From Thermomonas sp. (GTDB lineage: Bacteria > Pseudomonadota > Gammaproteobacteria > Xanthomonadales > Xanthomonadaceae): a stretch of 64,000 nucleotides of DNA. The notes under the pieces were generated by a model. That model made no database searches, was not told where the DNA came from, and worked only from the letters and a program-made list of their open reading frames with translations. Of the stretch, positions 1 to 7,505 are shown piece after piece (the first letter of the stretch is position 1; each line of letters starts with the position of its first letter). The translations under genes were made by a program, and so were the position numbers. Location of the stretch: positions 33,079 through 97,078 of the forward strand of contig NZ_JAYRTQ010000005.1 in NCBI RefSeq assembly GCF_041919455.1. Reading direction: 5' to 3'.

Positions 1-276
1 CATGCGCTCATTTGCCTGTTGGTAGGCCAGCGCCTGGTCCACGCCGTGCTGGCGTAGCTTCTGCGCGGTGTCCTTGAGTTCCGCGATGAACTTGCGGTCG
101 GCCTCGCGATCGATCTTGAGTTGCTTGGCCTCGGCGATGGCGGCCGTGCCCTTGTTCCAGCGGTGCACGACGTAGCCCGAAAGCCCCGCGCTCAGCGCGA
201 TGGCGATCAGCACCGCGATGCCGATGGCAGGCAACAGCCCGGCTGCGGACGCGGCGGCGTAGCGGGCGCGGATCAT
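1..276 (-). CDS. Rz-like i-spanin (partial; N-terminal TM helix then charged coiled-coil), continues past window start
   Basis: Own translation of minus strand from ATG at 276: MIRARYAAASAAGLLPAIGIAVLIAIALSAGLSGYVVHRWNKGTAAIAEAKQLKIDREADRKFIAELKDTAQKLRQHG... Not in ORF table because there is no stop in the window. ATG overlaps stop of upstream gene (ATGA). Confidence 0.45.
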   Translation of the reverse strand, partial: MIRARYAAASAAGLLPAIGIAVLIAIALSAGLSGYVVHRWNKGTAAIAEAKQLKIDREADRKFIAELKDTAQKLRQHGVDQALAYQQANERM

Positions 277-491
277 GCGACCCACCGCACGAACACCACC
301 ACCAGCCAGATGACCGCAACGACGATACCGATGGCACCGGCCGGCAACAGCCAGCAAAGCAGCGTCCAGTCCAGGTGGAATTTGGTGGAGGGTGCCGGCT
401 GCATCACGCCCGCCAGCAGAACCACCCAACCGATCACGCCAGCGACGATGCTGGCCAGCAACAACATCAACGGCCAGAACCACATCAGCAC
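273..491 (-). CDS. small 2-TM membrane protein of lysis cassette (P2 LysA-like position between endolysin and spanin)
   Basis: 72-aa Trp/Leu-rich hydrophobic ORF with two predicted TM helices. GTG/ATG start overlaps endolysin stop; its stop overlaps the Rz start. Confidence 0.4.
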   Translation of the reverse strand: MLMWFWPLMLLLASIVAGVIGWVVLLAGVMQPAPSTKFHLDWTLLCWLLPAGAIGIVVAVIWLVVVFVRWVA

Positions 492-1150
492 ACCGCCTTG
501 CCGGACCAGCCGGCTTTCAGGTAGGCGGGCTCAAGCGTGAGCATGATGACCCGCGGGTAGTGGGTGTTTTCCTTGTGCGCCCAGGTGGCGCGAAGGCGCA
601 CACGGGCCACCTCGTGCCAGTCGTTGGCATCACCGCCAGCGCGCTGCGTGGCCAGGCGTTCCTTGGTGAGCCAGCCCTCGCCGCCGTTGTAGCCGCGCAG
701 CGCGAAGGCCCGGCGCGAGCACTCCGACATGGCGCGGGCGTGGCGGTAGGGCTTCACCCGCTCATGCAGCCAGGCCATGTAACAGGCCTGCGCGCGGAGC
801 GCCCATTGCGGATCCCACACATCCGGCGCACCCACCGCCGGGCACACCGAGGGCAACCACTTGGCGGTGGCGGGCGTGAACTGCGTCAGGCCCTGCGCAT
901 ACGGACTTTGCGCGGTCGCGCGCCAGGCGCTTTCCTGGTGCACCTGCGCCGCCAGCATGGCGACGTATTCGCTGCCGTGGATGCCGTAGTTGCGCGTGGC
1001 CTCCCGCTCGATCGCCAGGCGATAGGTCACTGCCACCTGCGGAATGCGCGTTTGCGCTCGTGCCGTCTGAGGGAACAGGCAGCCGACGAACAACGCCAGC
1101 AGCACCAGCCCCAGCAGAAAGCTGCTGGCATTGATCAGCCAGCGCTTCAC
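485..1150 (-). CDS. phage endolysin, soluble lytic transglycosylase (SLT-domain)
   Basis: 221 aa. Motif ESAWRATAQSPYAQGLTQFTPATA is typical of family-1 lytic transglycosylases. N-terminal hydrophobic segment (possible signal/SAR anchor). GTG start in GTGA overlap with upstream small ORF. Confidence 0.8.
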   Translation of the reverse strand: MKRWLINASSFLLGLVLLALFVGCLFPQTARAQTRIPQVAVTYRLAIEREATRNYGIHGSEYVAMLAAQVHQESAWRATAQSPYAQGLTQFTPATAKWLPSVCPAVGAPDVWDPQWALRAQACYMAWLHERVKPYRHARAMSECSRRAFALRGYNGGEGWLTKERLATQRAGGDANDWHEVARVRLRATWAHKENTHYPRVIMLTLEPAYLKAGWSGKAVC

Positions 1151-1296
1151 GAGGCCACCACCGATGCGGCCGCAGGCGCCGGCGCGCGATCGCGCGTGCA
1201 GCTGTAGAGCATCGCGCCGATGATGGCGAGCGCGATCACGGTTTCGCAGACCTGCTTCACGATCTTCGCGCGGTCGCTTGGCTTCGGCTCGCTCAC
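1147..1296 (-). CDS. small single-TM protein between holin and endolysin (candidate antiholin or second holin)
   Basis: Own translation: VSEPKPSDRAKIVKQVCETVIALAIIGAMLYSCTRDRAPAPAAASVVAS (49 aa). GTG start overlaps holin stop (GTGA); its TGA overlaps the endolysin GTG. Confidence 0.35.
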   Translation of the reverse strand: MSEPKPSDRAKIVKQVCETVIALAIIGAMLYSCTRDRAPAPAAASVVAS

Positions 1297-1628
1297 GGCA
1301 CGAACGCCAGGGCGACGATGCAGGCGCAGATGATCCAGCCGCAGACCTTCCAGTCCGTGCCGATGGTGATGCCCGAAGGCTCCGGCGGCATGGGGTGGAT
1401 CTGGCGCATGCCCCAGTGCACGACGATGCCCAGCAGGCCGCCCATCAGCACCTTGCCCATGCCGAACACGGCGGGCAGCGCCTTGATCGGCGCTTCGAAC
1501 ATCACGACCACGAAGCACACCAACCACAGCGACCACAGCGGCCAGAGCTTCACCAGCCAGCCGTCCTTGGAGATCGCCGCGGCAAACACGCCGCGGAAGT
1601 ACTGCTTGAGGAATTGGACGTCGAACAT
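1293..1628 (-). CDS. holin (3 predicted TM helices, class-I-like)
   Basis: Probable start MFDVQFLKQYF... preceded by GGAG about 8 nt upstream. Three hydrophobic helices. First gene of the leftward lysis operon. Confidence 0.6.
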   Translation of the reverse strand: MFDVQFLKQYFRGVFAAAISKDGWLVKLWPLWSLWLVCFVVVMFEAPIKALPAVFGMGKVLMGGLLGIVVHWGMRQIHPMPPEPSGITIGTDWKVCGWIICACIVALAFVP

Positions 1629-1746
1629 GGCGCGCTCCGATTGAGAGATCGGACGACGGCGACCCGAGGAGACCGCCGCCGTCCGAGGACCAACCGGGTC
1701 TAGCACCGGTTGACGGGGCGACTTTCCTCGCGTGACCGGGGCGCGT

Positions 1747-1784
1747 CTCGGAACGCGCGTTCCGAGCGTTACGCGCGCGCGCGT
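1747..1784. promoter_or_regulatory. GC-rich palindromic operator pair upstream of lysis operon (candidate late-promoter activator site)
   Basis: Perfect 18-bp palindrome TCGGAACGCGCGTTCCGA (~1747-1764) followed by perfect 14-bp palindrome ACGCGCGCGCGCGT (~1771-1784), ~120-160 bp upstream of the holin start. Confidence 0.4.
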
Positions 1785-1819
1785 GAAACCGTGCGCGCCT
1801 GTCCAGCAGGAACGCCGCT

Positions 1820-2074
1820 ATGGGAATTCGTCGGAGTGTGTTGGCCCACGCGATTGCGGTGGGCTTGGCGTTCGAGGCCGATCAGCGTCAGAACGAGGCT
1901 TTCGACTGGAAGGCGCAGGACGCGGCATTCAGCGCCGCTAACGCCCTGAATGTGGAGCAGCTGGACCGCGCGCGCGAAGCGCTTAGTTCGGCCTTGTCTG
2001 CAGGGGATGCGCCCGACGAAGCTGCTGCGCGACTATCTCAAGCGCTTGGCGGGACGGTGCCGCCGCTTCATTGA
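1820..2074 (+). CDS. hypothetical small protein with signal-peptide-like N-terminus
   Basis: 84 aa, MGIRRSVLAHAIAVGLAFEA|DQ..., AGGAA about 9 nt upstream. Weak support; overlaps a convergent minus-strand ORF. Confidence 0.3.
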   Translation: MGIRRSVLAHAIAVGLAFEADQRQNEAFDWKAQDAAFSAANALNVEQLDRAREALSSALSAGDAPDEAAARLSQALGGTVPPLH

Positions 2075-2357
2075 CCTGCCACGTTGATCGGCTGAAGGTG
2101 GAGCCAGGCATTCGCAGCTTGCCCATGAAGTCCACCAACAATGCAGAGGCGGTGTCTTGTGCCGCCTCACTCGCAGCGCCCCAGCCCGCTACTTTCCCCG
2201 CGGAAAGGTCCAACAGGAATGCGACCGCTTCTGGCTCCGCATGCGCATCCATCCTGACGGGGCGCCCGGTGCTAACCAGCCAGGGCATCGCGCGGAAAAG
2301 TTCGAAGAACAGGCCAAAGGCGGTCTCGGCATCAACTGAGCGGCGGGTGTCGGTCAT
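1983..2357 (-). CDS. hypothetical protein (124 aa)
   Basis: ORF with protein-like composition. No recognisable domain and no clear RBS. Confidence 0.25.
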   Translation of the reverse strand: MTDTRRSVDAETAFGLFFELFRAMPWLVSTGRPVRMDAHAEPEAVAFLLDLSAGKVAGWGAASEAAQDTASALLVDFMGKLRMPGSTFSRSTWQVNEAAAPSRQALEIVAQQLRRAHPLQTRPN

Positions 2358-2371
2358 CGGTTAGCCCGGTG

Positions 2372-2530
2372 TCACCGCCAGCCGCGTCGCCGATCCAAGA
2401 CCAACCCGGCAACCAGTGACGCCGAGGCGCACAGTACGAAACCACCCGCCTCTGGCATCGCGCCGAGGATTGCGTAAACCATGCCGACCACGAAAGCTGC
2501 CGTGGCAAGCGCGTATAGGAACCAAACCAT
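2372..2530 (-). CDS. small membrane peptide (~52 aa), last gene of repressor operon
   Basis: Own translation: MVWFLYALATAAFVVGMVYAILGAMPEAGGFVLCASASLVAGLVLDRRRGWR*. ATG lies 5 nt after the stop of the upstream secreted-protein gene. Below ORF-table length cutoff. Confidence 0.35.
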   Translation of the reverse strand: MVWFLYALATAAFVVGMVYAILGAMPEAGGFVLCASASLVAGLVLDRRRGWR

Positions 2531-2535
2531 TGGGG

Positions 2536-2970
2536 CTATGGGCTGGTCGGGCGCGCGTCCAATTCCGCGCCCAGGTCCGCAATAGCGGCCTCGAACGCCT
2601 CACCCGCACGCCTGTGCTCGTCCTGAGCAAAGGGGTTGCCCAGCGCCTGCAGGTAGTTGAGCCACTTCGCATACATCGCAGTTAGCTGCGGCCTTGAATC
2701 TGGCGCTTGCTCAAGAGTGGACCGATACAGGGGCTTAACCTTTTCCCGCATTTCAGCCTCGCATTTCAGGCCCACTTCGCCGGCTTGTTGAATTCGCTTC
2801 GCGCTGGCATTCGCGGGCACTTCGAGAGCCGCGAGCTGGCCATCAATTGAGCACTTGGCAGCATCCGCGCGCAGCTCTGTGATCAAGCGGGCCTCCGGCG
2901 AATCGGAGGCGGAATCCCCAGCGTGGGTGAGCCCCGGCATCAAGAGAATCACGAACAGCAGCTTATTCAT
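2536..2970 (-). CDS. secreted protein (cleavable signal peptide), moron downstream of repressor
   Basis: 144 aa, MNKLLFVILLMPGLTHA|GDS..., two Cys, helical. Start overlaps repressor stop (ATGA). Confidence 0.55.
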   Translation of the reverse strand: MNKLLFVILLMPGLTHAGDSASDSPEARLITELRADAAKCSIDGQLAALEVPANASAKRIQQAGEVGLKCEAEMREKVKPLYRSTLEQAPDSRPQLTAMYAKWLNYLQALGNPFAQDEHRRAGEAFEAAIADLGAELDARPTSP

Positions 2971-3392
2971 TTCGTCCCCTTATTCGGCGCGAGCCGCGCG
3001 GCGAGGCCACGTATCTGGCTTTGATCTTCCGGCGCGCAGCTCAGGTAGTCATCGAGCAGCTGTTGCGTCTCTTCATCCGCATCATAGGCAGACACGAGGG
3101 TCTCGAAGAAGGCTGTCTGTAGCCTGCCGAACTCCGCTTTGTCACCCGTCACCAATGCCGCCATCTCGGTCGCGGCCTTGATCGCATTTAGACGGCCACG
3201 AAGCTTCTTTGTAGTGCCTGTGACGATGTAATCGACATCTAGTCCGAGCCCCGCCCATGCCGCGAGTGCGGCGGCGTCAGGCGTTCTTTCTCCTGCTTCG
3301 TATCGGATGAGCGTTGTGCGCCCGATACCCAGCCTCTTCGCGAAGTCGACCTGACTCATATCCGCGCGCACTTGGCGGATTCGCTCACCCAT
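2967..3392 (-). CDS. prophage repressor, XRE-family HTH (Mu c / CI-like), no S24 peptidase domain
   Basis: MGERIRQVRADMSQVDFAKRLGIGRTTLIRYEAGERTP is a classic HTH_XRE. ORF table extends start to 3467 (MFPNGN...); the internal ATG at 3392 gives the usual HTH-at-N-terminus layout. Confidence 0.8.
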   Translation of the reverse strand: MGERIRQVRADMSQVDFAKRLGIGRTTLIRYEAGERTPDAAALAAWAGLGLDVDYIVTGTTKKLRGRLNAIKAATEMAALVTGDKAEFGRLQTAFFETLVSAYDADEETQQLLDDYLSCAPEDQSQIRGLAARLAPNKGTK

Positions 3393-3442
3393 CTGACGGT
3401 GGTGCTCTGGAATTGCCACTGAAAATGTCCCCGAACGGGTAT

Positions 3443-3465
3443 TGACAGCGTTCCCATTCGGGAAC
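3443..3465. promoter_or_regulatory. c/ner divergent switch region: perfect -35 TTGACA followed by palindrome GTTCCCATTCGGGAAC
   Basis: TTGACA at ~3443-3448 on the Ner-reading strand. 16-bp inverted repeat with 6-bp arms at ~3450-3465 sits in the promoter spacer. Related half-site CCGAACGGG at ~3431-3439. Confidence 0.4.
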
Positions 3466-3529
3466 ATGATTAGCCCAAGTCGTCACGCGACGGCTCAGCT
3501 AACAAATCAGACCGGAGAGGGTAACAGGC

Positions 3530-3781
3530 ATGCACCCCGAAGAAATCAAGGCTGCGATGCGGATCGCGGGGACTACCCCGGCGATGCTGGCTGACGCGCT
3601 GGATGTGTCGAAGGCGACCGTTAGCACGGTCATCCACGGCCGCGCCGAATCAGCCCGCGTCAAAGCCAGCATCTCCAAACTCATCGGCAAGCCGGTCTCG
3701 GTCATCTGGCCGGGTGCGGCGCGCAAGTCCCTTCAGCGCCCCAAGGGCAGCGTGAAGCCGCGCGCAAGGGCGCACGCGTGA
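3530..3781 (+). CDS. ner: Ner/Nlp-family DNA-binding protein (Mu Ner-like early regulator)
   Basis: 83 aa. ...TTPAMLADALDVSKATVSTVIHG...KPVSVIWP matches the Ner pattern (...TTLANALERHWPKGE...KPEVIWP). Divergent from the repressor. Confidence 0.75.
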   Translation: MHPEEIKAAMRIAGTTPAMLADALDVSKATVSTVIHGRAESARVKASISKLIGKPVSVIWPGAARKSLQRPKGSVKPRARAHA

Positions 3782-3966
3782 GCACCTTCAAGCCCACTCG
3801 CGCTGAACTGCGCCGCATCCAATACCTGGCGCACGAGTGCGAGACCGACGCGCGAGCCACGCAGCAGCAGCCTGGCCGCCGGTGGTACGGCATGCATCGT
3901 CCTGCCCAGCGTTCTGCAGAGGCCTTCGCGCTGTCGGCCCGCGTTGCCGCGAGGGCCGGCGCATGA
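3778..3966 (+). CDS. hypothetical small early protein (62 aa)
   Basis: GTG start overlapping ner stop (GTGA). No domain. Confidence 0.3.
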   Translation: MSTFKPTRAELRRIQYLAHECETDARATQQQPGRRWYGMHRPAQRSAEAFALSARVAARAGA

Positions 3967-4256
3967 GCAAGCAATCCATCACCGCCCGCCTGCTGTTCGG
4001 CCTGGCCGGCCACAGCTACCGCGGCCTGCGCCTGCAGCAGATCGCCGACGGCATCGGCGAGTCCCCCAGCACCGCGCTCCGCAACCTCGAACGCATGGCC
4101 GAAGACGGCCTGGCCGAGAAATCCCCGCATGACGACAAGGCATGGCGCCTGTCCCCGCGCCTGGTGCAGGTCGCCACGGCGCATGCCCAGGAGGTGCTGC
4201 GCGAGCAGCGCGAACTGGACGAATTCAACCAGCGGTTCACCCGCAACCCCAACTAA
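3963..4256 (+). CDS. winged-helix (IclR/MarR-like N-terminal HTH) DNA-binding protein
   Basis: MSKQSITARLLFGLAGHSYRGLRLQQIADGIGESPSTALRNLERMAEDGLAEK..., 97 aa. Confidence 0.5.
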   Translation: MSKQSITARLLFGLAGHSYRGLRLQQIADGIGESPSTALRNLERMAEDGLAEKSPHDDKAWRLSPRLVQVATAHAQEVLREQRELDEFNQRFTRNPN

Positions 4257-4270
4257 CCCGAGGAATCACG

Positions 4271-5212
4271 ATGGCGAAGAAAGAAACACGCGGTGCCAAG
4301 CCGCTGGCACCGGTCACCCTGCAGGGCGACGTGATGGACGGCGAGGCGCTGGCGGAGCGCAGCCAGCAGCTGGCGACCGCCGCAGAAGTCAAAGCGGCCT
4401 ACGGCGCCGACCGTGACCTGATCAATCAACTGCTTGGGCAGGCTCAGATGGCCCAAGCGTTCGGGAAATTTGCTGACGTGTCAGCAGTCTCGAAGATCGC
4501 AAGCGTCAAGGAATCGGGGATTTACAAGGGTTTGGCCGGCATGTTGGGTGCTGACGGTCAGCAATTGGCGGGAACCTGGGCGGAGTTTTGCGGCCTCCTC
4601 GGTCGATCCCACCAGCAAGTGGATGAGGACATCCGGAACTTGCGGGCGCTTGGCTCCGAAGCGCTGGAAGCGATGGGCCGCATGGGCATCGGCTATCGCG
4701 AGCTGCGCCAGTACCGTCAGCTCTCCGCCGACGACCAGACCGCGCTGGCCGAAGTGGCCAAAACCGGCGACAAGGAAGCCGTCCTGGACCTGGCCGAGGA
4801 ACTGATCTCCCGGCAGCGCAACGAGAACGAAAAGCTCGCCGGGCAGCTGGAGAAGAAGGTCGCCGAGTACGACTCGCTGTCCGAACGCCAGGCCAAGCTT
4901 ACCGAAGACCTGGACAAGGCCAAGGCCAAGGCCGCGCTGCTGCCGCGCATGAAGGCAGACAAGAAGGCCGACCACATGCTGGCCGAACTGGAAACCGCGT
5001 TTGCCGAGGCCCGCACCGCGCTGCGCAATGTGGCGCAGGGCGCAGCCCGGTTCCTGGAATACGCAGCTGATAACGGCCTGGACTTCGACGAGGACGTGTC
5101 CGCTCGCACTGTCGAGCTGGACAACATGCTGCTGGCCCTGGTGATGGATCTGCGCCTGCGCGGCATCAACCAGCCGCACGAGAACGCGCTGGTGGTGTTG
5201 GGGGGCGCCTGA
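4271..5212 (+). CDS. hypothetical coiled-coil early phage protein (313 aa)
   Basis: MAKKETRGAKPLAP... with GAGGA RBS. Long heptad-rich central region. Confidence 0.6.
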   Translation: MAKKETRGAKPLAPVTLQGDVMDGEALAERSQQLATAAEVKAAYGADRDLINQLLGQAQMAQAFGKFADVSAVSKIASVKESGIYKGLAGMLGADGQQLAGTWAEFCGLLGRSHQQVDEDIRNLRALGSEALEAMGRMGIGYRELRQYRQLSADDQTALAEVAKTGDKEAVLDLAEELISRQRNENEKLAGQLEKKVAEYDSLSERQAKLTEDLDKAKAKAALLPRMKADKKADHMLAELETAFAEARTALRNVAQGAARFLEYAADNGLDFDEDVSARTVELDNMLLALVMDLRLRGINQPHENALVVLGGA

Positions 5213-5213
5213 C

Positions 5214-5516
5214 ATGTCCGATGCCGCCGACCTTGAGGAGATGGAGAAGGCATTCATTGCCCTGGGTATGCGGGCGATGCATGGCGCGTTCTTCCTGACC
5301 GTTGAATCGCAACCGGAGAGTCCAGACGCGCGCTTGCTGATCAGCAACTGCGACGAGGAAGTGCTTCTGGCGCGAAAGAACACTGCGGGGCGTTTCGAAG
5401 CACTGATGCGCCAGGGTTACACCTTGGCGGAGACCTTTGGCCACATGTTTGCCGAGGGCTGGCTCAACGACATCACCGATCGCCCCGCCCGTGGTTTCCG
5501 TAAGGACGAGCACTGA
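5214..5516 (+). CDS. hypothetical early protein (100 aa)
   Basis: ATG in TGACATG junction with upstream gene. Confidence 0.5.
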   Translation: MSDAADLEEMEKAFIALGMRAMHGAFFLTVESQPESPDARLLISNCDEEVLLARKNTAGRFEALMRQGYTLAETFGHMFAEGWLNDITDRPARGFRKDEH

Positions 5517-5517
5517 C

Positions 5518-7329
5518 ATGTCGGCCGATCCGCGCATCGTTGAAGCAGCGGGCGAGTGGTACCGCGCTGAGCACAACACCAAGACGGAGATTGTGCTGCG
5601 GCTCGCCAGCGAACTTGGCGTGAGCTACAGCACCGCATACCGGCGGATCGGCGAGGTCGCGCCCAAGCGTCCGCGCAAGCGGCGCAGCGATGCCGGCAGC
5701 TGTGCGATGACGGAGCGCGAGGCCGAACTTATCTGGGCAATGGTGCGCGAGACCACTCGCCAGACCGGCACGGGTGCCATGACCGTGATGGACGCGGTGA
5801 ATACGCTGCGCGCCAACGGCCACATCGAAGCCGCGCGGATCGACAAGGCCACGGGCGAGTGGAAGCCCTACAGCGAGTCCGTGATCCGCAAGGCGCTCCG
5901 CGGATTCGGCTACAGCCTGGACGTGATGACAGCGCCGAGCCCGACCACGCGGTTGTCCAGTCCGCACCCCAACTGGTGCTGGCAGATCGACGCCTCCGTG
6001 AGCCGCCAGTTCTACCTGGCCGACAGCAGCGCGGAGGTGATGGACAAGGCCGTGTACTACCGCGGCAAGCCGGGCAATTTCACCAAGATCGCCGAGCGTC
6101 GGATCTGGCGCTACTGCGTGACCGACCACTGCAGCGGCTGCATCGAGGTGTTCTACGTGCAGGGCGCGGAAAGCGGTGCGAATGTCATTGCCAGCCTGAT
6201 CCATGCCATGACACGCCGCACCGGCGGCACCATGCACGGCGTACCGCGCTTCCTGATGACCGACCCTGGCAGCGGCATGATCGCAGCGCCGGTGAAGAAC
6301 TTCCTGGCTGCCTTGGGCGTTGAGCACCTGCCGCATGCGCAGGGCGCGGCCAACGTGACCGGTCAGGTCGAGAACGCGCACTACCTGGTGGAGCGGCACT
6401 TCGAGGCGTTGCTGAAGCTGCAGACGCCCGTGACCAGCATCGCCGAAATCAATGCACTGGCTCAGCAGTGGGCGCGCGCGTTCAACGCGACCCAACCGCA
6501 CTCGCGCCACGGCATGACCCGCCGCGACGGCTGGCTGCGCATCACGCCTGAGCAGCTCGTGCTGGCACCGGAAATCGAGGTGCTGAAGCAGCTCCCAAAC
6601 AGCACCCCGCAGAAATGCAAGGTGCGGAACTGGATGGTGCGCTACGGCGGCGCGACCTACGACCTCCGCGGATTCCCTGGCGGGTTGGGCAATGGCCAGG
6701 AAGTGCTGGTTGTGCGCAACGCGCTGGATGCCGACAAGGCGAGCGTGCGCGTGCTGCTGAAAGACGCGGACGGGAACGTCTCGCACTTCATCGCACCGCG
6801 CGAGAGCTACAAGGACGAGACGTGGGGCTTCCCCACCTATGCGGCCGAAATCGGCACCGAGTTCAAGAGCGCGCCCGAAAGCCCCGCCGACGCCCGCAAC
6901 AAGGCACTGGAACGCTTGGCGATGGACGTAGCCACCGACCAGGACGCCAAGGCGGCACGCAAAGCCAAGCGCGTGTCGTTCGGCGGTGCCATCGACCCGA
7001 TGAAGCACATCCGCGACGTGAATGCCGCCATCCCGGAAGCGCTGCCGCGCGCAGGCACGCAGTCGCAGGTGGAAGCGCCCGCGATTGCCGAGCGGCAGAT
7101 TGCACCGGAGCCCATCCGCGCCGAGCTGCCCGCGCTCAACCACGTCGAAGCCGCGATGCGCCTCAAGCCGCTGGTGGAACGCGCAGGCGCGCAGTGGGAC
7201 GGGAGCATGTACGCGCGCACCGAGCAGCGCTGGCCCGACGGCCTGCCGATCGATGAGGTCGAAGCCTGGGCCGAAGTGCTGGCCACGCCTGAGCGCGGCG
7301 GCCTGCGGATCGTGGGAGGTGCGGCATGA
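5518..7329 (+). CDS. DDE transposase, Mu A-like (rve/integrase core)
   Basis: 603 aa from MSADPRIVEAAGEWY. N-terminal HTH then catalytic core WQIDAS...MTDPGSG...ENAHYLVERHF (D, D, E). AGGA RBS. Confidence 0.85.
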   Translation: MSADPRIVEAAGEWYRAEHNTKTEIVLRLASELGVSYSTAYRRIGEVAPKRPRKRRSDAGSCAMTEREAELIWAMVRETTRQTGTGAMTVMDAVNTLRANGHIEAARIDKATGEWKPYSESVIRKALRGFGYSLDVMTAPSPTTRLSSPHPNWCWQIDASVSRQFYLADSSAEVMDKAVYYRGKPGNFTKIAERRIWRYCVTDHCSGCIEVFYVQGAESGANVIASLIHAMTRRTGGTMHGVPRFLMTDPGSGMIAAPVKNFLAALGVEHLPHAQGAANVTGQVENAHYLVERHFEALLKLQTPVTSIAEINALAQQWARAFNATQPHSRHGMTRRDGWLRITPEQLVLAPEIEVLKQLPNSTPQKCKVRNWMVRYGGATYDLRGFPGGLGNGQEVLVVRNALDADKASVRVLLKDADGNVSHFIAPRESYKDETWGFPTYAAEIGTEFKSAPESPADARNKALERLAMDVATDQDAKAARKAKRVSFGGAIDPMKHIRDVNAAIPEALPRAGTQSQVEAPAIAERQIAPEPIRAELPALNHVEAAMRLKPLVERAGAQWDGSMYARTEQRWPDGLPIDEVEAWAEVLATPERGGLRIVGGAA

Positions 7330-7505
7330 AACCGCCCGTTGACCTGCTGGAGCTGTACGGCAACGACCTGGCGGAATTGATCAGGGGCGCGGACATGCTG
7401 CTCGCTTCTGCGCCGCCCCACATGACGCCTCGGAACGCGAAAGAGCGCGAGGCCTACAAGCGCATTCGCGCGGCTCTCGCCCGCCTCAAAGGCGGTGCGG
7501 CATGA
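7326..7505 (+). CDS. hypothetical 59-aa protein between transposase A and B genes
   Basis: Own translation MKPPVDLLELYGNDLAELIRGADMLLASAPPHMTPRNAKEREAYKRIRAALARLKGGAA. ATGA overlaps on both sides. Confidence 0.5.
   Translation: MKPPVDLLELYGNDLAELIRGADMLLASAPPHMTPRNAKEREAYKRIRAALARLKGGAA

Noticed and set aside
1678-1683. Apparent extra G in the displayed sequence at the 1680/1681 line junction relative to the provided ORF translations
   Set aside because: Treated as a display/coordinate artefact, not biology. Similar 1-nt disagreements exist elsewhere, so self-derived coordinates are ±1-2 nt.
2536-2970. Assignment of the secreted 144-aa protein to the LprI/DUF1311 lysozyme-inhibitor family
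   Set aside because: Only a vague pattern match (two Cys, helical). Not enough to call.
5473-7143. Long antisense ORFs opposite real genes (e.g. 5473-7143, 16038-18944, 18698-20533, 28202-31798, 30642-33026, 35094-35924, 36365-37825)
   Set aside because: Arg/Ala/Gly-rich low-complexity translations typical of shadow ORFs in ~67% GC DNA. The opposite strand carries clear homologs.
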